Of a stretch of 64,000 nucleotides of DNA, positions 19,604 through 29,352 are shown one piece after another. The stretch lies in IMG/VR virus record IMGVR_UViG_3300043449_002710, positions 159,261-223,260 of that record. The stretch is one strand, 5' to 3'. Below the pieces are notes generated by a model. It was given only the letters and a program-made list of their open reading frames with translations. It ran no database searches and was not told where the DNA came from. Every line of letters starts with the position of its first letter. Position 1 is the first letter of the stretch. Made by a program: the position numbers and the translations under genes.

Positions 19604-21172
19604 ATGAGAGCCTACTTTAAATTCCCCACCCTTGCTGCGATTGTTCTAGGGCGTAATGTTGTCAACGTTCCTGGGATTGAGGACTTTGTCGAAAAATTCG
19701 AGCAAAACGATCCAAGAATCGACAACTGGCTGAAGCGGAATCTGAGGAATTGGCTCATCAAGGATTACGACCGTTTCAGGCAGATCACACACCAAGAAGG
19801 AAACCCCGACTGGGTAGGCAAGGCCTTGGAGCGCGGTGAGAAAGTCTATGAAGTCAGACTTGATCGAGAGATCTTTGACAAGATCTCTCATGTGATCGAT
19901 TGGTTCAAATCGGACGACTCGCCTAAAAGGCTGGATGCCGTAACGGTGCCCGAAGCCCTCAAGCAATCGGACGCCTGGACTGAGAAGCTTACCAAAAAGA
20001 AAGTCGATCAAGGGATTGCTCTTGCGGGAGAAGAGATTTTTAAAAAGTACGGTGACGGGTATTCTTGGCGCAAATTGGTTTCCGAAGAAGCTTTGGTTCT
20101 TGAAGGAAAGAAAATGGGCCATTGCGTGGGCGGTTACTGGAGTTCTGTGCAATCAGGGGAGACCGAGATCCTTTCCTTACGCGACCCTAAAAACGAACCT
20201 CACTGCACAGTTGAAATTAGCCACAACGAAGTACGTCAAATCAAAGGCAAGCAAAACAAATCGGTCATCAAAGAGTATTGGTCTTATGCACAAGACCTTT
20301 TGAAAACTTTGAAAGAAAACGGCGTTTATGTCGGTGCTAACAACTTATCCAATATTGGTCTCTATGAGATCGATGGAAAGATTGTCACTTTCAAAGAACT
20401 TGTAGCAAACCTAGACTTAGTGAAAGCTCTTTTGAAAAAACATTTCGGTATTGATGTGACGGATGAAATGCAAGTCCAAGTTACCGAAGATGGAATTGAA
20501 GTCGGATCTAAATTTGTGGATATCCTTTTGGGGTTTTTGCCTCTTCCACGTAGACAAATTGAAGCCTATAAAAATCTCATGGAGGATTCTTACGACACAG
20601 AATTTTCCATTCACGACCACGATGTCACCGATCTCTATGACTATGTAGAAAAGCATTACCCCAAGGCTTACAAAAGATTGGTGAAGCTTCTTGAAAGTGT
20701 CGCAACCGAGGAAGAAGCTAAAAACGAAGACTACTTGAGCCACCGCTCGGCAAGCACTTTCTTGAAGGTGTATTCCGATGAATTGCAGCCGATTTATGAT
20801 GCCGCGATCTCAGGAATCTCTGACGGCTGGAGTGTTGGAACACAAGACGCTGCTCACAAATACGTCAAAGATAAATTGTCGGAGTACGGTTGGCTGTGCG
20901 ATTCCTATACTTCCGAAGATGGAGACGGTACAGTTTGGCTTCATCTCAGTTCTAGCGCAATTGCGGATGGTTATTTAGGTGATCTCTACAAAGACCCCTA
21001 CGGAAGAAGAGATGGCTTTAATAGCGAATTCGATGAAGAAGTTGCCAAGGAGCGCTTTGTCGATGCGCTATTTGAGAATGGTTTCCTAAATCAAGCGGAT
21101 ATGGCGAGTAAGAAAAAATTAAAATCCGCTTTGGAGTATCCGGCTTTGGGAAAAATCCTAACTAGATTTTAA
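19604..21172 (+). CDS. PcfJ-like domain protein carrying two KYP-type motifs
   Basis: LVLEGKKMGHCVGGY...ILSLRD...HCTVEI...QIKGKQN; N-terminal KFPTLAAIVL and C-terminal EYPALGKIL. Confidence 0.7.
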   Translation: MRAYFKFPTLAAIVLGRNVVNVPGIEDFVEKFEQNDPRIDNWLKRNLRNWLIKDYDRFRQITHQEGNPDWVGKALERGEKVYEVRLDREIFDKISHVIDWFKSDDSPKRLDAVTVPEALKQSDAWTEKLTKKKVDQGIALAGEEIFKKYGDGYSWRKLVSEEALVLEGKKMGHCVGGYWSSVQSGETEILSLRDPKNEPHCTVEISHNEVRQIKGKQNKSVIKEYWSYAQDLLKTLKENGVYVGANNLSNIGLYEIDGKIVTFKELVANLDLVKALLKKHFGIDVTDEMQVQVTEDGIEVGSKFVDILLGFLPLPRRQIEAYKNLMEDSYDTEFSIHDHDVTDLYDYVEKHYPKAYKRLVKLLESVATEEEAKNEDYLSHRSASTFLKVYSDELQPIYDAAISGISDGWSVGTQDAAHKYVKDKLSEYGWLCDSYTSEDGDGTVWLHLSSSAIADGYLGDLYKDPYGRRDGFNSEFDEEVAKERFVDALFENGFLNQADMASKKKLKSALEYPALGKILTRF

Positions 21173-21173
21173 A

Positions 21174-21202
21174 TTGACTTATTAAGTCAATTAAGTTAAA
21201 AT
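21174..21202 (+). promoter_or_regulatory. Sigma70-like promoter overlapped by a palindromic operator
   Basis: TTGACT-17-TAAAAT, 6 nt before the GTG at 21209; TTGACTTATTAAGTCAA is a near-perfect palindrome. Confidence 0.65.
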
Positions 21203-21208
21203 TCTCCT

Positions 21209-21655
21209 GTGGCAAAAAAAACTCGCCTTAAAAACTATCCGAGTCTTGAAATGGTTTTATCCATGGCCTTTAGTCGGGACCGTTGGGTGGACAAAGTTAG
21301 GCACCGGTTAGAGGGGGCTTTGGGCGAATACGCCAAGCAGAAGTTTGCCGAAGCCATTGGATACACGGGTTGGGATTGGACCATTGAAGTAGAAACGATT
21401 CTGGCAGGTGTTTCGGACTTAATGAACACTAAAAAAGTTCAAACCAAAACAAAATTTGACCGCAAAAAAGCTTTCCAAGAAGCTTACCAAGATGCTCAGG
21501 GCAGTTATGATCAAATCGTCCACGCTCGAAACACCTTGTGTAGAGAGCATCCATTCAACATGGAACAATACCAAAGAATTAGGCTTGTAAAACTAGATGC
21601 CGATACTTTGCTTAGAGAAATGGTTCTTAAATTTCTCCCGGGGATTTTGAATTAA
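21209..21655 (+). CDS. Hypothetical protein with N-terminal KYP-type motif
   Basis: 148 aa; KNYPSLEMVL. Confidence 0.7.
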   Translation: MAKKTRLKNYPSLEMVLSMAFSRDRWVDKVRHRLEGALGEYAKQKFAEAIGYTGWDWTIEVETILAGVSDLMNTKKVQTKTKFDRKKAFQEAYQDAQGSYDQIVHARNTLCREHPFNMEQYQRIRLVKLDADTLLREMVLKFLPGILN

Positions 21656-21664
21656 ACACGCCAC

Positions 21665-21693
21665 TTGACCTGCTAAGTCATTTGATATAACAT
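21665..21693 (+). promoter_or_regulatory. Sigma70-like promoter with a second TGAC-N7-GTCA operator
   Basis: TTGACCTGCTAAGTCAT followed by TATAAC/TAACAT, directly upstream of the HTH gene. Confidence 0.55.
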
Positions 21694-21702
21694 TGCTATA
21701 GC

Positions 21703-22287
21703 ATGTCTTACTCTAAAAAGTTGATTCAGATTAGGTCCAAGAAAAACTGGAGCCAGGAAAAGCTGGCCTCCCACCTGAATGTCAGTTTCGCTACCGTGAA
21801 TCGATGGGAAAATGAAAAATCTGAACCGCAAAGAGAAGCCAGAGAGTCGATTGATGTTTTGTGGGGAAGCCTACAAGAAGAAAACTACCCTGCCCTCAAC
21901 CAAGTCCTCGCGCATTCGAAAAGATCCAAGCTCACCATTCTTTTGGACGAGAACCTTTTTCAGCTCAAGCCAGCCCTAAAAGACTCTGGGTTTAAAGTCA
22001 TCTTAATGAAAAAAGGAACCTCCGACGAGGAGATTAGGGAGCTTGCCGAAGGCACTGCCATCCTCACAACTAATTCCAAAGACTTTATTCCCCACGCTGT
22101 CGCGGACGATTTCGATGTCATCTCGGCGGAACTGATCAAGTTCATCGATACTGAGCCCACTCGTAAAAACCAGACGGTTCAAAAGATAGCCAAAGCCATT
22201 CGAGAAAGTGGGATGGTTTTCACCCGTGGTAATTTCAATTTAGTCGTCCGAGATGACGGATCTTACGAACTCAAACCTTTAGTCTAA
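21703..22287 (+). CDS. XRE-type HTH fused to a DUF5615-like PIN domain
   Basis: WSQEKLASHLNVSFATVNRWENEKSEP; then ILLDENL...GTSDEEI...ILTTNSKDF; NYPALNQVL in the linker. Confidence 0.75.
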   Translation: MSYSKKLIQIRSKKNWSQEKLASHLNVSFATVNRWENEKSEPQREARESIDVLWGSLQEENYPALNQVLAHSKRSKLTILLDENLFQLKPALKDSGFKVILMKKGTSDEEIRELAEGTAILTTNSKDFIPHAVADDFDVISAELIKFIDTEPTRKNQTVQKIAKAIRESGMVFTRGNFNLVVRDDGSYELKPLV

Positions 22288-22293
22288 GTTGAG

Positions 22294-22860
22294 TCACTTC
22301 TTAGGCCGCTTAGCTTTAAAGAAAGCTCTCCCTAAGCAAATGGCATCTGCAATGTCGTTGTCTTTGATTTTTAACTCCAGGCCATACATGGCGTTAGCAG
22401 CCCTGACGGACAGGTGCTTTTTAGTAACCCTGCCACGCTTTTTACCGGCTGAGACTTGGCGGTTATTTTTCAGATCCTCTTTGCTCATCCGAAGCTCTAA
22501 GAGCTTTCTCCACTCGCTCGGATCGAGGTAATGAACCTTGACCCCCACAGCCCTAAAGTTCTCCAAAACCGCTTTATGGGTAAATTCTAGGATACGCTGG
22601 GTATGCCTGTTTTTTCCACGTACTGTATTCTCAGCCACTACTTGATCGGGCTTGTACTTACCCCAAAGTTCCATCACCTTGTGAGCCATCTTGTTTGAGG
22701 CATCTAGGATGTTGTAAGGGTACTCGGGCATCTTCTCAGGGTAGCCGTTGACGTTGAAGTTGGGGACCGAGATTTCGATCACCCCAAAATCTCCTAGGTT
22801 ATCATCCTTGATAACTGCCCACCCTGTCGATGTACTTAAATCGAGCGCTAGAATTTTCAC
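22294..22860 (-). CDS. ruvC: RuvC-like Holliday junction resolvase
   Basis: MKILALDLSTSTGWAV, VVAENT, PSEWRK, DNDIADAICLG catalytic pattern. Confidence 0.8.
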   Translation of the reverse strand: MKILALDLSTSTGWAVIKDDNLGDFGVIEISVPNFNVNGYPEKMPEYPYNILDASNKMAHKVMELWGKYKPDQVVAENTVRGKNRHTQRILEFTHKAVLENFRAVGVKVHYLDPSEWRKLLELRMSKEDLKNNRQVSAGKKRGRVTKKHLSVRAANAMYGLELKIKDNDIADAICLGRAFFKAKRPKK

Positions 22861-22872
22861 ACTGATGTTTTA

Positions 22873-23283
22873 CTAATCCACTTTGGATTTCAAAGCGCCC
22901 GACTCCATGTGCTTTCTGAGAGTCTTCATCATGAGCTTGCACTTCTTGCCGCGATCCTTGATCTCTTGCCGCCAGGATTTCACGTAGTAAGCGAGATCCT
23001 CTTTGGCTTGAAGATGATCTTGAGTCATGTGGTTGAGCTTCACTTCTTCAAGCTTTCTTTTAGCCTCAATCACATCGGGTTCTTGCTCAAGCTTTTCCTT
23101 GTGCGCTTTCAGTTCTTCTTCGAGGTCGAGCTTCTTGGCGTCATTCTTGAGCATCTCTTTGGACCGCTCAAGCATCAGTTGCTCACGAGCAGCTTCAATC
23201 GCCAAATCCTCAGGCTTCATGGCGTTGATCGCGTCCACGACTTCCTGAGGAAGGTCACCCTTCTTCTTAGGTTTCTTAGCCAT
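22873..23283 (-). CDS. Hypothetical coiled-coil protein
   Basis: 136 aa, charged helical; tight junctions with neighbouring genes. Confidence 0.65.
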   Translation of the reverse strand: MAKKPKKKGDLPQEVVDAINAMKPEDLAIEAAREQLMLERSKEMLKNDAKKLDLEEELKAHKEKLEQEPDVIEAKRKLEEVKLNHMTQDHLQAKEDLAYYVKSWRQEIKDRGKKCKLMMKTLRKHMESGALKSKVD

Positions 23284-23364
23284 GCTTCCCCCTAGGCTCT
23301 CTCAAATTGATTTTGAAATCACGCTAGGGGATTTCGGATCGTCTGTCAAATCAAAGAACCCGAC

Positions 23365-23853
23365 TCACCGCTTCTTAAGCTTGGCCTTTTTCATGGTCGG
23401 GTATTCCATCTCCGCTTTAGCGCGAGCTTTTTTAGCTAAAGTTTCTTTTTCCTTTTTAGTCAACCGCTTCACTTTGGCTTTAGAAGCTTTTGCTCTTTTT
23501 CCCTTTTTGACTTTGGCTTCGATGACTTCCGAAACAGAAGCAAAGATCGAGGCAAGTCCTGGGTAGCGATTGGAATCCACTTGAACCTTGGTCACCATTT
23601 CTTTGACTGCACCACTTTTCTTCACAAGATTCTCCAGTACGGGTTCAATCGCTTCCAAGGCTTCGTCTGCCCACTTGCGGTCGAGATCCTTGGTGGTTTC
23701 TTCAAGCTGATCGTAAGGAACAAAAGATTGCTCCCAACGAGCGCTGCGCTCGGCACTAACTTCGGCTTTGACAGCCTTTGCCCAGTGAACCCACGCCTCG
23801 TGAAAAACTTCAGCCAAGGATTCTTTGATCTGATCTTTTGTTTCTTTGTCCAT
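23365..23853 (-). CDS. RyR-like domain protein with an internal YP motif and basic tail
   Basis: AEVFHEAW...FVPYDQLEETTKDLDR resembles the RyR repeat; NRYPGLASIF; ATG after GAGG. Confidence 0.6.
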   Translation of the reverse strand: MDKETKDQIKESLAEVFHEAWVHWAKAVKAEVSAERSARWEQSFVPYDQLEETTKDLDRKWADEALEAIEPVLENLVKKSGAVKEMVTKVQVDSNRYPGLASIFASVSEVIEAKVKKGKRAKASKAKVKRLTKKEKETLAKKARAKAEMEYPTMKKAKLKKR

Positions 23854-23861
23854 TTTAAACC

Positions 23862-26800
23862 TCAAACATCTTCGTAGGTGCCGTCTTCGAAAAGAATGCC
23901 CACATGATAGCCTTTGTCGATGTGCTCTTCGGCGAGATCCATGGCTTCTTCGTAGGTTTTAACTTTGACTTCTTTTTTTCCTTCACCTTTTTTATCAAGG
24001 ATGACAGTCAGTTCTTCATCTTTCGCGGAAGCTTCTGCCTGATTGTCATATTTCTCGATGATCGACCCGATGTCAGTATACAAGAATTTATTCTTTTCTC
24101 GGTCATATACAACGGTCAAGTTGTAGGTATCGCCCGAGTTAATATACTGAAATCTTGGACGGGTCGGATTGCTTTCATTCGGGTCGTAGGCTTCCACACC
24201 GTGGTATCCCACTAAATCAGAAACGTGCTCCAAGATATTTTCGACATAGCTAGCTGGGTTATAAGTATTGTGCTTTTTGTCGTAATATCTTTCGCCGTTC
24301 TCATAGGCTTTTTTAGCTTCAGCCATGGCCGCTTTCAATTCTTCCAAGGTGGTTGAGGCTTGCGTTTTATAATAAGAAGACTCCACAACAGATATCTGAA
24401 TATCCCCAATAATCTTCTTAATGGTTTCAATCGCCAAATTCGGATCGACCTTACCTGGAATCTTAAGAATGCTATCGTCGTCAAAGGAGATGCCAGAGAC
24501 GCCTAAAGCTTTCTCGATTTTTTTGATCTGATCCAAAGAGACTTTGTCAAAACCAATTTTGAGTGCAAAAGCGGTTTCTGAAGCAGAGGCTTGCGTTTTA
24601 TAAGAAGACTCCGCAGTGAATCCGTCAAACCAATCACCGAACTCTTCGGTGTGTTTGACATTCTCAGGTTTTTCACAAGTCTTAGAGCTAGTCTCGTCGT
24701 CGTTGCACCACTCTTTCGCTTCTTCCAAAGACAGCCCTTTTTTCATGACTTTTTGAGGGTGGCCTTCTTTATAAAAGCGAACGATCTTGTAGGTTTTTTC
24801 TTCTTCTTCTTCTTCCTCGTCTTCATCTGAGGAGGCTTCAATTTTCTCGCTAGAAAGGTATTCCACCAAGTCGTCAGCCACAACCGATCCATCGGCTTCG
24901 ATCACGACCGGAACACCGGCTTCTGGATCTTCACCCATGGACTCAGCCCAGAAGATATAGACTTCATCGGGTTTAGCGGCATACTCGACCCCACGCTGAA
25001 CTTCCATCAGGTCTGGGAGATCGCCCACTTTGGGTTCTTCGATGATGGTTTCATTTCCGGCCTTATCGACCAGGATGAGCTGGCAGCCTTCCATCACCTC
25101 GTCATCACCAAGCTGAAAGTAGTCTCCACGATTAGAGGAAACTTCATCTCCGTTCTCATCGATGAGAACAGCGCTCTTATACTTCACAGCGGGGTTTTCT
25201 TTAACTGGGCCTGAGAAGAAAAAATCTTTCACCCAGAGGCGATCAATCTTGTCGCTGTCTTTGAACACGTCGATGTAAGTGCCTTGATACTTATCGAATT
25301 CGCGGTGTTCGCATTCAAAGCCATGCTTCTCAAGTTCTTTACAGATCTTGTCAAAAGTCTCGTGATCGTAATCCTGATCGGCTTCGCCAGTGGCTTCAAT
25401 CCGAACAGCGGCTTGCACCGAAGATTTGCTGGTCAATTCCATAGTGTTGCCTTTGTCGTCCTCAATGTGTTTTCCGAACGGGCTAGAGTCTTTGACCCAT
25501 TTCCAGTTGCCGGTCCCAAAAAACTTGTTTGCTTTGATTTCGGCAGCTTTAGTTGGATCGCCAGAGATCAAAACCTCCCAAGGCTTTCCGATCTTAGCGG
25601 AGTCTTCGTCATAGATATGGATGCGGTCGAATTCTTTGGCAAGATTCGGGAAAGGATCGGACTCCGCCGACTTGACGGCTTTTTTGGCGGCAGATTCCAT
25701 TTTGTAAGGGCTCACATTGCCGTGATCACTCACGTACCAAACGTTAGGCCAAAAGTTATGCTTTTGCATCCAAGCCTTGGCAGCGGCTTCTGCTTCCTCT
25801 GCCGTATTGAACTCGCCAAGGAATTCCCCATTTTTAATAGAGACAGAAATCTTTGATCCTAGTGGGCCTGAGTCAGAAAAAATAATGTCCTGGTCGTCAG
25901 GTTGATCATCTTGAAATTCTTCTTCTTCGGATTCTTCTTCTTCGGATTCTTCCGTAGCCGAAAGAACACCGTGTTCATAAACGTCTTCAGCAAATTGATC
26001 GAAATCCATCCGATCTTCGATTGAATAGTCTTGATCGAGTTTGTACTGCTGGTACATGGATTCAAGCTCTGTGAGGTTTTCTTTTAACCAAGCTTCAAAA
26101 TCGGTTAGTTCTTCCACGAGTTCTCCGCCTTCCCAGTCTTCTTCAGCACCACTTTTAACTTTGTTTTCAGTCTTGGCTGTCCACATATCTTGGTTCTCGC
26201 TGTCTTCTGGCTTGGTGGTGATGATCAGAGAGTTCCCATCCACGTCACTCCACTCTGGAATAAGAGTGGGGTAGGTTTTCTTGGTTTTGAATCTCCAGAA
26301 AAAATCCGTAAGGTTATCCGCAAACTTTTCTACTCTATGCGGGTCAGCCAAGATGTCTCCGAGTTCCAAAGCCATCTTACCTTCGCCAAGCTCTTTCAAA
26401 GAGTATTCACCGTGGAGTTCTTTATCCAAAAAGATTTCCAACGTGGTTTTGAACTTCTTCAAATCCGAATCCGAATCGTCTTCGGCTCCACCCACAGCTT
26501 GATTTCCATTTTTAGGCAGCCTAACCATTCGGCTGTGTCCGGTGAAACCAAATTTCTTATAAAATGTTCTTAATTTTGAAATCGGCATTTTGTTTTTCTC
26601 TTTAGGTACGGGCTGTAAATCAAGAATCACGCCATACTTATCCGCTAAATCTACAATAAACTGCATTGCTCTTGTGCCTTGGCCTTGTCTTGGTTCTAAG
26701 GCTTGAATCCACTTCAGAGCAACTGAGCGTTCCCCTTTGGGTCCACCCAGCCAAGGTCTCAACTCGATCACCGCTTCATTGTTAAAAATTCTAATTTTAT

Positions 26801-27524
26801 TTTCAAATGGGTGTGGCTGGGTTTTTCCCCAGACATCCTTCATAAATTTATCAATATTATCCGACTTCAAATCGGCTGGGCTAGCCTCTTGATCTGTTCG
26901 CAAGCGGAGTTTAAGTTTTTGAGTTTCGGAAGAGGTCAGCATCTTTACACTCTTTCCAAACTTGTCTTTAAGATGAGATGCGACTAGCCCCAAAAGATTC
27001 TTATTAAAAGGGGCATCCCTGTCATCGGATGCGAATTTCTTAATGCCCATTTTAGCAAGCTTGGTCCAGTCCAAAAGGGCTTTAGCTTCAGGGGCCGCTT
27101 CCTTCTTGTGCTTCTCGGCCAAGGCTTTGGCCATCTCAGAGATCTCTTCGTCTCGGGCGATTTGGTTCACTAGATCCCTGACCTGATCCCGATAGCCGCC
27201 TGGAAGCTTCTCTGGCATCGAAGTGTTGAAAAACTCTTCTGGCTTCTGCTCGATCTTCCAACCCGAGGAACTGGCAATTTGTTCCAAGTATTTGGTGTGC
27301 TTCGAGGTGGTTCGAGAATACTTCTTCTCGTTGACGTAGAGAAGATCGCTTGGCGCATCGCGTTTAGCGATAATGGTGCGATAGCTGTAAAGGGTGTCGC
27401 CCTTGGCCCAGATGATATCTCCGTCTTTGCCTACGCTTTCGCCGGTAGATAACCAAGAACGAATCAAGCCTTCTTCTTTGGCCCCAGCCATAGCCTTCTC
27501 AGCCACAATCTTTTGTCTTGCCAT
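23862..27524 (-). CDS. Large mosaic, polyprotein-like protein including a GNAT-like acetyltransferase module
   Basis: 1220 aa; LYSYRTIIA...YSRTTSKH; PRQGQGTRAMQFIVDLADKYGV...LRTFYKKFGF (GNAT); GYHGVEA...YINSGDTYN; acidic spacers; repeated xxAS linkers. Confidence 0.75.
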   Translation of the reverse strand: MARQKIVAEKAMAGAKEEGLIRSWLSTGESVGKDGDIIWAKGDTLYSYRTIIAKRDAPSDLLYVNEKKYSRTTSKHTKYLEQIASSSGWKIEQKPEEFFNTSMPEKLPGGYRDQVRDLVNQIARDEEISEMAKALAEKHKKEAAPEAKALLDWTKLAKMGIKKFASDDRDAPFNKNLLGLVASHLKDKFGKSVKMLTSSETQKLKLRLRTDQEASPADLKSDNIDKFMKDVWGKTQPHPFENKIRIFNNEAVIELRPWLGGPKGERSVALKWIQALEPRQGQGTRAMQFIVDLADKYGVILDLQPVPKEKNKMPISKLRTFYKKFGFTGHSRMVRLPKNGNQAVGGAEDDSDSDLKKFKTTLEIFLDKELHGEYSLKELGEGKMALELGDILADPHRVEKFADNLTDFFWRFKTKKTYPTLIPEWSDVDGNSLIITTKPEDSENQDMWTAKTENKVKSGAEEDWEGGELVEELTDFEAWLKENLTELESMYQQYKLDQDYSIEDRMDFDQFAEDVYEHGVLSATEESEEEESEEEEFQDDQPDDQDIIFSDSGPLGSKISVSIKNGEFLGEFNTAEEAEAAAKAWMQKHNFWPNVWYVSDHGNVSPYKMESAAKKAVKSAESDPFPNLAKEFDRIHIYDEDSAKIGKPWEVLISGDPTKAAEIKANKFFGTGNWKWVKDSSPFGKHIEDDKGNTMELTSKSSVQAAVRIEATGEADQDYDHETFDKICKELEKHGFECEHREFDKYQGTYIDVFKDSDKIDRLWVKDFFFSGPVKENPAVKYKSAVLIDENGDEVSSNRGDYFQLGDDEVMEGCQLILVDKAGNETIIEEPKVGDLPDLMEVQRGVEYAAKPDEVYIFWAESMGEDPEAGVPVVIEADGSVVADDLVEYLSSEKIEASSDEDEEEEEEEKTYKIVRFYKEGHPQKVMKKGLSLEEAKEWCNDDETSSKTCEKPENVKHTEEFGDWFDGFTAESSYKTQASASETAFALKIGFDKVSLDQIKKIEKALGVSGISFDDDSILKIPGKVDPNLAIETIKKIIGDIQISVVESSYYKTQASTTLEELKAAMAEAKKAYENGERYYDKKHNTYNPASYVENILEHVSDLVGYHGVEAYDPNESNPTRPRFQYINSGDTYNLTVVYDREKNKFLYTDIGSIIEKYDNQAEASAKDEELTVILDKKGEGKKEVKVKTYEEAMDLAEEHIDKGYHVGILFEDGTYEDV

Positions 27525-27661
27525 TCGAGTATTCCCTAAGTCGTTTGAATTGCTACTAAGAAAATAACTCGGCTTTACTCGTCTTTGACCTGAACCCCCC
27601 AGGCAACCCCACCCCTAAAAACGAACTCAGAATTAGTAAAATCAACCCCAAGGGGAAGCGC

Positions 27662-28507
27662 ATGAGATCGGGGTTAGAAAATAAAAAGCATATCGTTTGC
27701 TATTCTGGTGGGCACTCTTCGGCTCTAGTCGCGGTGGAAGTCGTTCGCAAGTACGGCAAAGAAAACGTGATCCTGCTCAATCACGATATCCACGCATCCG
27801 TCGAGAGCGAAGACATCAAGAGATTCAAGAAAGAAGTAGCCGATTACCTCGAACTTGAAATCACCTACGCCAATCACCCCGATTGGGACAGTAAAGATCA
27901 GTTTGACGTTGTTCGCGAGGCCAATGCTTTCAAGGTCGGAAACGGCACCGCCCTTTGTACCAACCGCCTCAAGACCGCCCCTTTTGACAAGTACCTGAAA
28001 GAGAACTTCCCAGTCGAAACGGATGGCGAAAGCCCTTGTGTGATCTATTACGGGTTTGACGCCAATGAGCCAGCGCGTATTTTGAGGCGAAGCTCGATCC
28101 TAGGAACCAAGGGCTATTTGACAGCCTTCCCCTTGGCCCATTGGCCAAGGACGATTCAGTCCACAAAAGAGATCGGAATTGAGCCACCCAACACTTACAA
28201 TCAATTCAAACACGCCAATTGTATTGGTTGCCTGAAAGCTGGCCGCCAGCACTGGTACATCGTCTACTGCACAAGGCCCGATCTCTGGGAGAAAGCCAAA
28301 AGCACCGAGGACGCGATCGGATACTCGATCATCAAAGACATTTACTTAGACGAACTCGAACCCAAGTTTGAGCTGATGAAAAAAGTAGGGGTGGTTCCGA
28401 CCGAGCATCTTCACCACAAGACTTTCTGGAAACAGGTCGCCGACCAACTCAAGCAAAGTATGAGCGAAGAAGAGAAGTCCGAGAAACCTTGCGAGTGCGT
28501 GTTCTAA
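27662..28507 (+). CDS. PAPS-reductase-like PP-loop (adenine nucleotide alpha-hydrolase) protein
   Basis: IVCYSGGHSSA, CTNRLK, HANCIGCLK, C-terminal KPCEC. Confidence 0.75.
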   Translation: MRSGLENKKHIVCYSGGHSSALVAVEVVRKYGKENVILLNHDIHASVESEDIKRFKKEVADYLELEITYANHPDWDSKDQFDVVREANAFKVGNGTALCTNRLKTAPFDKYLKENFPVETDGESPCVIYYGFDANEPARILRRSSILGTKGYLTAFPLAHWPRTIQSTKEIGIEPPNTYNQFKHANCIGCLKAGRQHWYIVYCTRPDLWEKAKSTEDAIGYSIIKDIYLDELEPKFELMKKVGVVPTEHLHHKTFWKQVADQLKQSMSEEEKSEKPCECVF

Positions 28508-29352
28508 TGAAAAAAATATTCGTGAGCTTCTCAGGCGGCAGGTCTTCTGCCTTGATGTGCAAAATCGTTTTGGAAAAATACCCGGACTCCGAAAAAGTCT
28601 TCGTGTTTGCCAATACCGGAGAGGAGCACCCCAAGACCTTGGACTTTGTTCACCAAGTCGATCAGCACTTGGGTTTGAACTTGGTTTGGGTCGAGGCTCA
28701 AGTCGAAAGAGCGGGTAAGGGATGCACCCACAGGATCGTCAATTATGAAACCGCATCTCGAAAAGGCGAGCCCTTCGAAGCGGTCATCTCCAAATACGGC
28801 ATTCCCAACAAGTCTTATTCACACTGCACTCGCGAGATGAAATTAAACCCCATGTACTCTTATCTCGACAGCATTGGATGGAAAAGAGGGGATTACTTCA
28901 TCGCTATTGGCATCCGAGCGGATGAGCCCAAGCGAATCCAAAAGACTGCAGAGAAGAAGAAAATCTTCTACCCATTGGTAGATGCAGGGATCGACAAACA
29001 AGACGTTTTGGATTTCTGGGAGAGTATGCCTTTTAATCTAGAGATCCCAGAGCACTATGGGAACTGCAAAACGTGCTGGAAGAAATCGGACAAAAAGCAC
29101 GTGATGCTGATCAAAGAACACCCCGAGTGGTATGACTTCTTTTCGCGCATGGAAAAAGAATATGGCCTAGTCAAAGGCTTGCGCCAAAACGATACGGGGT
29201 CTAGAACCTTCTTTCGGATGAAACGATCCGTTTCAGACATGATCGCTTTGGCCCAGGCAGTTGAAAAACCCAACCTTTTGGAACTCAACAGACCAGATGA
29301 AAACAGCGGATGTTCGGAAAGCTGCGAGGTGACTTTCGATGATCAAGAGTAA
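28507..29352 (+). CDS. PAPS-reductase-like PP-loop protein (second)
   Basis: FVSFSGGRSSA, FANTGEEH, CTREMK, IGIRADE, GNCKTCWKK, GCSESCE; ATG overlaps the upstream TAA. Confidence 0.8.
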   Translation: MKKIFVSFSGGRSSALMCKIVLEKYPDSEKVFVFANTGEEHPKTLDFVHQVDQHLGLNLVWVEAQVERAGKGCTHRIVNYETASRKGEPFEAVISKYGIPNKSYSHCTREMKLNPMYSYLDSIGWKRGDYFIAIGIRADEPKRIQKTAEKKKIFYPLVDAGIDKQDVLDFWESMPFNLEIPEHYGNCKTCWKKSDKKHVMLIKEHPEWYDFFSRMEKEYGLVKGLRQNDTGSRTFFRMKRSVSDMIALAQAVEKPNLLELNRPDENSGCSESCEVTFDDQE

